Of a stretch of DNA of 64,000 bases, positions 26,627 to 34,783 are shown piece by piece. Source of the DNA: Nitrospira sp. (GTDB lineage: Bacteria; Nitrospirota; Nitrospiria; Nitrospirales; Nitrospiraceae). The position numbers and the translations under genes are program-made. Below the pieces are notes generated by a model. It was given only the letters and a program-made list of their open reading frames with translations. It did not search any database and had not been told where the DNA came from. The stretch covers positions 144,482 through 208,481 of the forward strand of contig JALHPO010000001.1 of assembly GCA_022842445.1 (NCBI GenBank). Reading direction: 5' to 3'. Every line of letters begins with the position of its first letter. Within the stretch, counting starts at the first letter, position 1.

Positions 26627-29600
26627 TCAGGCACTCGCAATTACACGCAAAGACGAACCCGTAATCTCGGTTATGAAGGCATTCGCAGAGCCAAACGATG
26701 TAGCCATTTCAGGATCGACTAAAGCCCTTGAAACACCTGGTTGCACCACTACTACTTCATACCGCGTTCTTAGCTTTCGAAGACGTTTTTTGAGACTTGC
26801 CAATGTACGGAGGTTGCCTTTCTCAAATCTTGTCGGTCTTCCATTCAAATAACTGTGTCCATCACGCTCAAGTAAGTGAGTTAGGAGGCGTTGAGGATCG
26901 ACCGTCCATCTTACGCTTCTCGCTGCCTGTGCGCATACCTCATAAACATCTTTGACCCTCCGCCCAGGCTCATTACCTCCTGAGAATTTACAATGATAGA
27001 ACCGGAACAAAACCTCTTGGTTCTCTGCTTCTATGATCTCCACTACGTCTGCAACTTCTCCGCTGTCATCATCGTCGAAGACAAAGTGATTGTGCTGCGT
27101 CTTTAAGTGCTCAATGATGTAAGCCTGTATTGAGTTTGGTCTCAGGACTCCAGATTTCCATTTCGATTCCACAGTAAGGTCGACCCCAATCCAATCAAGG
27201 GTGGCAATTCTGTCCTGATCAAAGGTGAATGCCAGGGAGCCTTTTGTTGACAGCATTCTTGCACCCACTATTTCTGAACCGTCAATAAAGAATAATGTTG
27301 GTGGGCTATCTCGGAAGAATTCATCCAATCGCCTAACAACGCCGGATAGTTGTATCTCGATCGTCGGTCCCGATTCTTGCAGGACCGAAAACTGTCCTTC
27401 GGCTGGCCCCCAAGACAGGAGAAATATGCATGTTGATCTGTTTTCGAATGCTAGATGCAATTCAATTTGATTGGCACTAGTTCTGGCAAAGTGAATGATT
27501 CCAAAACTATGAAAATTCTGCTCCTGCCCGGACTCAAACAGCCGCACACTGTCCATTTCTGATGAATACCACTCAGTTGGAAGAGATACGAAAAATAGCT
27601 GCTTCTCCTGAGGAAGCTCTTTTATCTCCTCAGGAATTAGCGTATGACGCAAGAACTCATTGTTTGGGATGGTGTCATCTAGAATTTTTGAAGCCATCTG
27701 GTTGCACCAATTGCGCCAGTCGGGAATCGCACTTGAACTCATCGACCAGATGCGCCCCTTATTCGAGACGCCAACAGACGTGCGTTGACCGTCCTCGTAT
27801 CCAACCGCGAATAGGTTCGACTTAGTTGATCCCGTTTGGACGAGTGGCGTAATAGCATCTCCGATGTCCAAACCCGTATACATCCTGAATCGCAGCCTAG
27901 TTCCTCTGTTGTATAAGCCAACATTGTGAAATATCAGGCGGTTTACACCGTGAAAGGCCCGAAACATTTTCTCCCCCCAAAGCAGTTCTGCAGTTGGATC
28001 ACTTACGGCCTTAGCGATGTCTTGGTGAAGGGAACCTTTTTGGGAGCTATATATGAATAATAGTTGGCGCGAGGAGTCATAGGAAAAAACAAAAAGGTCC
28101 CATATTTCGTCAGATGCTTCCTTTATTCTGGCCCACTCAATAGGAATTCTTGAGCGAGTAATAAATATGGCGAGATCTTTGTCTTGGCTATGCCACTCAC
28201 GGGCAATTTGCGCACCTTTCTTAATGACCTTGTGAAATTTTTTGCCGTTAAACGAGGACGCTCGAAAAATAACTGTACTGGTCTTCGGGTGAAGAACGTT
28301 TAGCCCGAAAAGGTCTTCGTCAGATTTTTCATCCAAGATCATTCGCTGGAGAAAATCTGAGAAATCCTGTTGGGACTGGATTGCCTTGGAGCTAAGCTCA
28401 GGAATGAGTTTATTCCAGTCAGAGTCTTCTGCATACAAGTCCTCAATTGCATCAGAAACCTTAGGGTCAGCAATGTTTGCGACGAGTGTAGCGTCACCAA
28501 GATTTGAGGCAGCACGTGTGAATCTGCCCGTGAATTGAAGTGTTATGGCGAGGCTCTTGTGTGGACTATGGAGAGCTGCAATTTTTAGGGAGGGCATATC
28601 AAAGCCTTCCCCAAACATATCAACGCACACGATTATTTTGTGAGTTCCTGCCTTAATATCATTCAGAAGCCTCCTGCGACCCGGCGTTTTGCTGTGAATG
28701 ATGATGGGTTTCAAATCTGGATACTTGAGCGCATAAATCTCTTGAAATATTTTCTCAGCTTGATCTCTTGTTTCGGCTCGAGCGAGGAGAATGTGATCAT
28801 ATCCAGTTGCTATATCGAGCCTCAGCTGTTCGACAGCTCTTTCTGCTACCGCCACATCGGCTTTCTCGTGAGCTGGTTCATAAACTTCTTTGAAATGAAT
28901 CTTCCGGAAATATCCCTGAGCTTGAGCGAGGCCAAGAGGAAAGTTATAGATGATGCGCCCTGGTATTCGCCGGCCATCGAGTCGAAATGGCGTAGCAGTA
29001 AATTGGAGAACTGTTTGTTGCTTCAATCCATTAAAAATTCTTTCCCATGATATGGCTGGTATATGGTGGGCTTCGTCAAAGAAAACGGTATCGAAGGTTG
29101 CCAGAAATTTGGCCAAGAGACTGTGCGGCATACCCTGGATACTAGCCACTGTACTAATCAGTACGTTACAAGGGGCTACATTGTGGATTTCACTTTCTGT
29201 ACTGAAAGTTTTTTTGATTACTCCAACTACAGGGTTAATTGCATCATGCTTGAGTACCCCGAGCGTGGGAAGCAGTCCCAGTCGATTAAATTTGTTTATT
29301 GTTTGCGTTCGTAAGGCATCTGATGGAATTAGGACGAGAAGGCGTTTTGGCCTTCCTACAATCATGCAAGAAAGCATCACCTCCGTTTTCCCTGTGCCGG
29401 TTGGCATGACAACCAGGGCAGGCTTGTTCGAAACAGACCAGTGAGCTGCAACAGCGTGAAGGGCTCCGATTTGAGGTGGACGGAACCCAGGCGATGTTTT
29501 TCCTTCTTCTCTATACTGCAAGGCTTCTGTCCAAGAATTCCTGGCAGCTTCAGCGATGTCTGAAAGCTTTTTCCCGAACGACGACGGATGCCTATTCCAA

Positions 29601-29917
29601 ACAGCTTTTCTTGAGAGTACTAGCGAGTCGCCTTTAATAGCGAAGGTTGGTGACTTTAAATTATGAGTGGCCGTTTTCGCGGATGATGATGTGGGTGTCT
29701 TGTTCCCAATGACTATCTTCTCTCCGGTGCCCAAGGTGGCCATGAGCTCTACGACAGAGCCCTTAACGGTTCTGAGTGCCTCAATCTTACAGGGCAGCGT
29801 TTGTTCTGTTTGAGACAGATGTCGAATTGAGAGAGTGGCAGTATCGTAGCCAACACTCCATACCTCAGGCAGAGCAATCTTCTTGATACCATCCAATAAC
29901 GACGCCTCGACTGACAT
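26627..29917 (-). CDS. SF2 (DEAD/DEAH, Res-like) helicase fused to a C-terminal Mrr/PD-(D/E)xK-like region
   Basis: 1,096 aa. Motif I is VVMPTGTGKTEV, motif II is FFDEAHHIPA, then TATPFRLDGR and the C-lobe VDMFGEGFDMP...QFTGRFTR. About 350 aa of unknown middle follows. The C-terminus has FVFDDDDSGEVADVVEI-x14-FRFYHCKFS, reminiscent of the Mrr-type D...(Q/E)xK core. GGGAGG RBS. Confidence 0.75.
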   Translation of the reverse strand: MSVEASLLDGIKKIALPEVWSVGYDTATLSIRHLSQTEQTLPCKIEALRTVKGSVVELMATLGTGEKIVIGNKTPTSSSAKTATHNLKSPTFAIKGDSLVLSRKAVWNRHPSSFGKKLSDIAEAARNSWTEALQYREEGKTSPGFRPPQIGALHAVAAHWSVSNKPALVVMPTGTGKTEVMLSCMIVGRPKRLLVLIPSDALRTQTINKFNRLGLLPTLGVLKHDAINPVVGVIKKTFSTESEIHNVAPCNVLISTVASIQGMPHSLLAKFLATFDTVFFDEAHHIPAISWERIFNGLKQQTVLQFTATPFRLDGRRIPGRIIYNFPLGLAQAQGYFRKIHFKEVYEPAHEKADVAVAERAVEQLRLDIATGYDHILLARAETRDQAEKIFQEIYALKYPDLKPIIIHSKTPGRRRLLNDIKAGTHKIIVCVDMFGEGFDMPSLKIAALHSPHKSLAITLQFTGRFTRAASNLGDATLVANIADPKVSDAIEDLYAEDSDWNKLIPELSSKAIQSQQDFSDFLQRMILDEKSDEDLFGLNVLHPKTSTVIFRASSFNGKKFHKVIKKGAQIAREWHSQDKDLAIFITRSRIPIEWARIKEASDEIWDLFVFSYDSSRQLLFIYSSQKGSLHQDIAKAVSDPTAELLWGEKMFRAFHGVNRLIFHNVGLYNRGTRLRFRMYTGLDIGDAITPLVQTGSTKSNLFAVGYEDGQRTSVGVSNKGRIWSMSSSAIPDWRNWCNQMASKILDDTIPNNEFLRHTLIPEEIKELPQEKQLFFVSLPTEWYSSEMDSVRLFESGQEQNFHSFGIIHFARTSANQIELHLAFENRSTCIFLLSWGPAEGQFSVLQESGPTIEIQLSGVVRRLDEFFRDSPPTLFFIDGSEIVGARMLSTKGSLAFTFDQDRIATLDWIGVDLTVESKWKSGVLRPNSIQAYIIEHLKTQHNHFVFDDDDSGEVADVVEIIEAENQEVLFRFYHCKFSGGNEPGRRVKDVYEVCAQAARSVRWTVDPQRLLTHLLERDGHSYLNGRPTRFEKGNLRTLASLKKRLRKLRTRYEVVVVQPGVSRALVDPEMATSFGSANAFITEITGSSLRVIASA

Positions 29918-30437
29918 GGGACCTCCCTAATCAGCAAGTTCATTAATAAGAGATACAACGAATGCACTTCGCCTACCAGACAATGGCCTCAATTCCTACG
30001 ATGAGCGCTCAAGAAAATCAATGATACTGACGGAGGACTCTAGTTGTAGGATGGGAAAAGTATGGGCTCGCTTTCGCCCAAGAAGCGATTTTGAAATAGA
30101 AACTTCAGGCCTTATTGACCTGATTGGGTTGATATAGGGATACCTGACGCATGGACAGTCATAGTGAGCCCGATATTCCTATTCAAGTTGCCGCATTCAA
30201 TCCAAGAAGGCTTGCCCTGTTTGGTGAATTTCTTTGGGTAGGTATCTGTTATGGGATATGTCCAGAGGGGAGCCAACATACCCTCGGGTCGAGCGCCCAG
30301 GGGCTATGACGCCCCTTAGACTGGTATCCGCCAATCGATTGGCCTATCACCGAAAAGATGGTTTTCGAACTCCAAAAATGAGGAACTATCTTTGCCTTTC
30401 AGAGCTTTAAATAATTTAACTACTGTCCCCTATGAAA

Positions 30438-30514
<77 letters not shown>

Positions 30515-30533
30515 AATCTATATTTTCAATCAC

Positions 30534-31682
30534 TTACGTGTGCTTATTTGCAGAGTAGGTAGCCCTGGACTCGGCTAGTGTTCCCCTAGTGTTCTCTTGG
30601 AGGTATTTGTGAACCTTTTGAGCCGCTTGCGTCAAGTCCCGCTCCTCAATCGCGTTGTATCGCTTCCACATCTTCTCTGACTTATGCCCAACAATTTTCA
30701 TCGCGGTTGCCGTGTCTACCCCTGCTCTTCGTAGGTTCGTGGAGGCACAGTGGCGAAGGTCATGGAATCGAAAATCTGAGATCCCGGCATCCTTCAGAGC
30801 GGTCTTGAAGGACCGGCTGACACGTTGAAGCGGCCTACCCTCATAGGTAAAGACATGTCGAGAGACAGCTTCGGTCGTCGCCGTCGTAAGGGTCCGAACC
30901 TTTGCCAGACGCTGCAGTGTCACTTTAACATCCGGGGTCATAGGCACCTGTCGAGCAGTCTTGGTCTTTGTATCCAGAGACCGCAGAGTGATGAAGCCTC
31001 GCTTTATATCGACCCGGTCCCAAGTGAGGCCGACAATTTCGCTGAACCGCTGCCCTAACTGGTAGGCCGTGAGAAGAACAGGACGCAAATGCGGTTTAGC
31101 TGCCTGATACAGCTTGCTCCATTCTTCGTCGCTCAATACACGATCGCGTTCGTTCTCCGGATTGGGTAAAGGAACTTTTGATGCCGGGTTGCTTTGAAGC
31201 AGGCCTCTCCGGATCGCCACGTTCAGACAATGCTTGAGTGCAATGTGATCGTGATTCACGGTCTGCACACTTGCTGGCTTGCCGTTCTTTTTCTTTCGCT
31301 GCCCCCTGAAGGCTTCCACGTCCTGCGGTCTGATCTCTGACAATATCCTCCCACCGAAAAACGGAACCAAATGACCCTCGATACTGTGCGACCGGCCCAC
31401 GAAGGACCGGAGCGACTTCACTTCCTCTAATTGCAAATACGTCTTGGCCCACTCCTTGAAGAGGATTGGCTTAGCCCGTTCACTACGTTCCTGACCGAGG
31501 AGTAGACGCGTCCTGATGGTCGATTCCATATCCCGGGCAGCGGTTTTGTTCAGGCAGCCGACCTTCCAGCGTTTCTTTCTGGCTCCCGGCACCCCGCTCG
31601 CTAAGACGAGAGATTTTCCGTCTTCGCTTTCCATGACGCGAAATTCAACATAGTAACTGTCAGGTCGTTTGGTCAGTCCCAT
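30534..31682 (-). CDS. int: tyrosine-type site-specific integrase
   Basis: 382 aa. The C-terminal catalytic region FHDLRHCASTNLRRAGVDTATAMKIVGHKSEKMWKRYNAI carries the R...HxxR...H..Y pattern. It is adjacent to the tRNA. Confidence 0.9.
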   Translation of the reverse strand: MGLTKRPDSYYVEFRVMESEDGKSLVLASGVPGARKKRWKVGCLNKTAARDMESTIRTRLLLGQERSERAKPILFKEWAKTYLQLEEVKSLRSFVGRSHSIEGHLVPFFGGRILSEIRPQDVEAFRGQRKKKNGKPASVQTVNHDHIALKHCLNVAIRRGLLQSNPASKVPLPNPENERDRVLSDEEWSKLYQAAKPHLRPVLLTAYQLGQRFSEIVGLTWDRVDIKRGFITLRSLDTKTKTARQVPMTPDVKVTLQRLAKVRTLTTATTEAVSRHVFTYEGRPLQRVSRSFKTALKDAGISDFRFHDLRHCASTNLRRAGVDTATAMKIVGHKSEKMWKRYNAIEERDLTQAAQKVHKYLQENTRGTLAESRATYSANKHT

Positions 31683-31730
31683 GTTTCTCTCCCTACTAAC
31701 CGATACGAGCTGCCCGAAGCTATGACGCCG

Positions 31731-31949
31731 CTATCCGTGCGCTGAGGAATCATCTACACGTGCTTGCACCGCTGGCCGCGCTTTGACGGTGTGTTGATCA
31801 ATCCACCGGTCGAGATGTTCTTGTTTGAACTTCACCAGCCGTCCAACCTTGATGAATCCTAGCTTCCGTTCAGAGACCCAGCCATAGAGGGTCAATTTTG
31901 ATATGCCTAGATACTCCGAGGCCTCGTTCATTGTCAAAAGTTTACGCAT
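31731..31949 (-). CDS. excisionase/AlpA-family HTH protein
   Basis: LLTMNEASEYLGISKLTLYGWVSERKLGFIKVGRLVKFKQEHLDRWI is an HTH_17/excisionase-type pattern, directly upstream of int. Confidence 0.7.
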   Translation of the reverse strand: MRKLLTMNEASEYLGISKLTLYGWVSERKLGFIKVGRLVKFKQEHLDRWIDQHTVKARPAVQARVDDSSAHG

Positions 31950-32202
31950 GGTTCTCCGGAAAATATAAAGCGGTTTGTCAGCAGACTCATATGACCCACT
32001 ATATCGGGGGAATCTTCCGACACCCCCGTACCCCCTGGATGCGCCCGCGTCGCCACCGGCGTGGATCGAAGACTGAGCCCCCAGTAGTGGCGGGCCATCG
32101 CCACGGAGCAGCGGGTCAGGCCTTCCCGGTTCCCTCCCGCTGGGCCTCCGCCCGTCCAGGCCTGCCCGCCGCGAGAGCGCTGTGCCCTCCTCCTCCTTGT
32201 CT

Positions 32203-32243
32203 GTCCCACCCCCCTGGTCTGTGCGGGGTGGGACAACAATTTT
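32203..32243 (+). terminator. intrinsic-terminator-like hairpin + T-tract upstream of radC
   Basis: gtcccacccc / cctggtctgtgc / ggggtgggac is a perfect 10-bp GC-rich stem followed by aacaattttt. No annotated + strand gene precedes it. Confidence 0.4.
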
Positions 32244-32258
32244 TCAAGGAGGATTCGG

Positions 32259-32768
32259 ATGAATCAAGACTCAGAACAGAGTTCCGTCAGGCCGACACGG
32301 CTGGTGAAGGCCCGCCGGCCAGCGTTGCCGTATCGGGTGCCCCGGTATCGTGTCGCGCTGGTCTGCGAGGAAGCCGGCACCCTGTCGTCTGTGCCGATCC
32401 AGACCTCGACCGGAGCGGAAGCCTTGCTCAGGCCCTGCTTTGACGGCCTGGATCGGGAGCAGTTCCTCGTCTGTGGGCTGGATGCGAAGCATCGCCTGAT
32501 CGGGATCAATCTCGTGTCCATTGGTTCGCTCTCGCTCTCCATCGTCCATCCCCGCGAAGTCTTCAAGGCCCTGATCCTCATGAATGCCGCCGCCTGGCTC
32601 TGCGCCCATAATCATCCCTCTGCCGATGTGACCCCAAGCCGGGAAGATCTCGTGCTGACGAAGCGACTGCGCGAAGCGGCCGACCTGCTCGGAATCACGC
32701 TTCTCGACCATCTCATCCTCGGGGAAGGCTATTACAGCTTCGCCGATCAGGGATGGCCCGGCGGATAA
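32259..32768 (+). CDS. radC: RadC-like JAB/MPN domain protein
   Basis: FLVCGLDAKHRLIGINLVSIGSLSLSIVHPREVFKALILMNAAAWLCAHNHPSADVTPSREDLVLTKRL carries the HNHPS...S..D JAMM motif. AAGGAGG RBS. Confidence 0.85.
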   Translation: MNQDSEQSSVRPTRLVKARRPALPYRVPRYRVALVCEEAGTLSSVPIQTSTGAEALLRPCFDGLDREQFLVCGLDAKHRLIGINLVSIGSLSLSIVHPREVFKALILMNAAAWLCAHNHPSADVTPSREDLVLTKRLREAADLLGITLLDHLILGEGYYSFADQGWPGG

Positions 32769-32795
32769 GCCGCAAGGCCAGATCCGGGTCTGGTC

Positions 32796-32939
32796 TTAGG
32801 CCCGGATCAACCGCAACACCCACACCACCGCTGACGCGGTGAGCGCAACCCCGATGACCGCCGCACCCCACCCGATGAGATCCGCTGAGAGCACTGTACC
32901 CAACTGCTGTAAATCCGTGGCGACTGTTGCCCAGGCCAT
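32796..32939 (-). CDS. Pf3-type (signal-less) major-coat-like protein, 47 aa
   Basis: ORF 32796..33002 trimmed to MAWATVATDLQQLGTVLSADLIGWGAAVIGVALTASAVVWVLRLIRA. It has an acidic N-terminus, one TM and a basic C-terminus, like inovirus coat proteins. Confidence 0.4.
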   Translation of the reverse strand: MAWATVATDLQQLGTVLSADLIGWGAAVIGVALTASAVVWVLRLIRA

Positions 32940-33012
32940 TGTGTCACCCCCTGCTCTTGCTTGTGGAGACGAGCAGCTCCTGCCACGCGTTGCAGGAGCC
33001 ACTCTGACGCGC

Positions 33013-33222
33013 CTACCGCACCAACGACTTCACGCGCTTGTACGCGAAAATCGTCAATGCGACACCGATGAACACCACGCCCCAGGCCACAATGTCAGCT
33101 TTCACGCTGGTAATCGTGGTCGTGGTCGCCGCATCCACTGGGAACACCTGAGCCATTGAGACTCCGGCGTTCAGCAGGACCGCACTCAGGGCCGCCAGGC
33201 CCCAGGACAGTTTCTTCAACAT
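33013..33222 (-). CDS. major coat protein-like (with signal peptide), 69 aa
   Basis: MLKKLSWGLAALSAVLLNAGVSMA | QVFPVDAATTTTITSVKADIVAWGVVFIGVALTIFAYKRVKSLVR. A signal peptide precedes an amphipathic-TM-basic mature part of ~45 aa. Confidence 0.55.
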   Translation of the reverse strand: MLKKLSWGLAALSAVLLNAGVSMAQVFPVDAATTTTITSVKADIVAWGVVFIGVALTIFAYKRVKSLVR

Positions 33223-33244
33223 TGGTCATCACCCCCTTTCTGGT

Positions 33245-33349
33245 TTAGAGTCGCCCAATCAACAATTTCACAATGAGGCCGACGGTGAAGCCACCCAGGA
33301 AGAAGGCGCCGGCAAAGTAGACGATTGTTTCGAGTGCCGCTTGATCCAT
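33245..33349 (-). CDS. tiny hydrophobic ORF (34 aa), minor-coat-like
   Basis: My translation is MDQAALETIVYFAGAFFLGGFTVGLIVKLLIGRL. Its size and position are typical of inovirus small virion or assembly proteins. It is below the ORF-track cutoff. Confidence 0.3.
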   Translation of the reverse strand: MDQAALETIVYFAGAFFLGGFTVGLIVKLLIGRL

Positions 33350-33377
33350 CGCGTCTGTCTCCCTTTCTCCGAGCTGG

Positions 33378-34511
33378 CTATCTGAGATCCGGTGGCGATA
33401 CCAGCAAATCTTTCACGTTCGGATTGACGAACGGCGGAGGCTCAGGTCCTTCGAGCGCAGGACCGCTTGGAATCGTCCGCAGCTCCGCCGGTACGGCTGA
33501 GGCGAGACCGGTAGATGCTGGAACCGCTGCCGGCGTCCCACCCCAGATCACGCCGCGACCCTTGACCTTTTTCGTGCCAGAGGCCCACACCGACTCCACC
33601 TGAAGGTTGGTCCGGACCAGCAGCTCTTCTTCCGTGAAAATCTCTCCGCTCTCTGAAATCCACCGCCACGAGTGCTCGTCGTCTTCGTCAAATTGCATCC
33701 CGCCGACGATCCGGATCGGGTCACGCACGACATCATCAGGCTCTGGGAGCTCGCGCTCGATTGAGACGTTCGCCCTGATCGGCGCACGCGGAATCTCCAC
33801 TGGAAGGATGGGAGGGTGAGGCGCAGACGCGACAGGCCCGCCCGACAACCACCGCCCCCCGGCAAACCAGACACCCGCCACACACAATCCGAGCACCCCA
33901 AGCACCACTGTCGGCGATTTCAAGATGGAGCCGGTGCGGACCTGCTCCCGGATCGCTGCATGGGAATAAGACGAATAGTAGGCATAGAGCTTCGGGTGAT
34001 ACTTGCCCGTGTACATCCGGATCACTTCAGCTTCTTCCGGATTCCCCCGGACCATGGCTTGATAGCGTCCTTTCAACCCAAACCGGTCGAGCCGTCGGAA
34101 CTTGGTGGTGACTTCGACCAAGCGCAGCACCCCCGACGTACATTGCGCAGCCGCTTGCACCATCAACACGACATCGTTCCCCCGGTGTCGATGCGTTTCG
34201 AGCCAGCGCAAGAGCTCCGGCGACAGTTTTTCTTTCGACCGGAAGATCGTTTGCGCTTCATCGATCAGCACCGCTGCGCCGGGTTCCACGGTGAGGAGGC
34301 CCTCCAGGACGTCCGCTTTCGTTACCCAACAGGTGATTTGTGTCCGCAGATCTTCCATGCTTCGATTTTCAAACGCCGCGAGTCGGTCCAGGTAGATCCC
34401 GTCGATCGCCACGTACAGACGCCGGCCAGCGCGGAGCCACGGCAGCAGTTTCTCGGCCACTGCGTGGTAAGACTTGCCTGAGCCGGGCACGCCTTCGAGC
34501 ATTTCGATCAT
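33378..34511 (-). CDS. Zot/pI-like assembly ATPase
   Basis: ORF 33378..34706 trimmed to MIEMLEGVPGSGKSYHAVAEKL (Walker A at the extreme N-terminus, as in Zot/pI). That ATG overlaps the upstream stop (ATGA). A TM segment follows mid-protein (VVLGVLGLCVAGVWFAGG). Confidence 0.8.
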   Translation of the reverse strand: MIEMLEGVPGSGKSYHAVAEKLLPWLRAGRRLYVAIDGIYLDRLAAFENRSMEDLRTQITCWVTKADVLEGLLTVEPGAAVLIDEAQTIFRSKEKLSPELLRWLETHRHRGNDVVLMVQAAAQCTSGVLRLVEVTTKFRRLDRFGLKGRYQAMVRGNPEEAEVIRMYTGKYHPKLYAYYSSYSHAAIREQVRTGSILKSPTVVLGVLGLCVAGVWFAGGRWLSGGPVASAPHPPILPVEIPRAPIRANVSIERELPEPDDVVRDPIRIVGGMQFDEDDEHSWRWISESGEIFTEEELLVRTNLQVESVWASGTKKVKGRGVIWGGTPAAVPASTGLASAVPAELRTIPSGPALEGPEPPPFVNPNVKDLLVSPPDLR

Positions 34512-34783
34512 GAGCCCCACCGCACAAACGGGACCGATTGCAGGACAAAGCGCGTCAGCATGGCCCCGGCGACAATCGCCAACGCTTGGGACATCCCCGT
34601 CGCACCCAGCAGCCAGGCATATTGATCGGGAATCAGCGGCGTGGAGAGCGAGCCGGTGCCGAGCGAGGCGAGGATGCCATCGGCGGGACTCAAGACCGAG
34701 TCCCAACTGTCCAGCACGATGTCCTTCAACGTGCCGAAGAAGTCACGCAGCCAACAGAGGATGGCATTCAGAATCGCGCTCAT
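34508..34783 (-). CDS. pVI-like minor coat protein (91 aa)
   Basis: Hydrophobic small protein between the adsorption-like gene and zot, with overlapping start and stop on both sides. The call is positional inference. Confidence 0.4.
   Translation of the reverse strand: MSAILNAILCWLRDFFGTLKDIVLDSWDSVLSPADGILASLGTGSLSTPLIPDQYAWLLGATGMSQALAIVAGAMLTRFVLQSVPFVRWGS

Larger units (their letters stand above)
24078..30437. mobile_element. genomic island A (integrase-less, defence-like cargo) on the 3' side of tRNA-Arg
   Basis: Bounded by the 18-bp direct repeat. Visibly AT-richer than the flanks (not computed). Cargo is a SIR2-like gene, an unknown gene and a helicase-nuclease. Confidence 0.6.

Noticed and set aside
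31898-32443. 181-aa + strand ORF and 101-aa minus-strand ORF between xis and radC
   Set aside because: Extremely Arg/Pro/Gly-rich translations typical of non-coding GC-rich sequence. The + ORF also overlaps the well-supported radC start in another frame.
33378-34706. Full 442-aa version of the Zot-like ORF with a 65-aa N-terminal extension
   Set aside because: The extension overlaps the upstream pVI-like gene and is Arg/Cys-rich. Zot/pI proteins start with the Walker A, and the internal ATG forms an ATGA overlap with the upstream stop.
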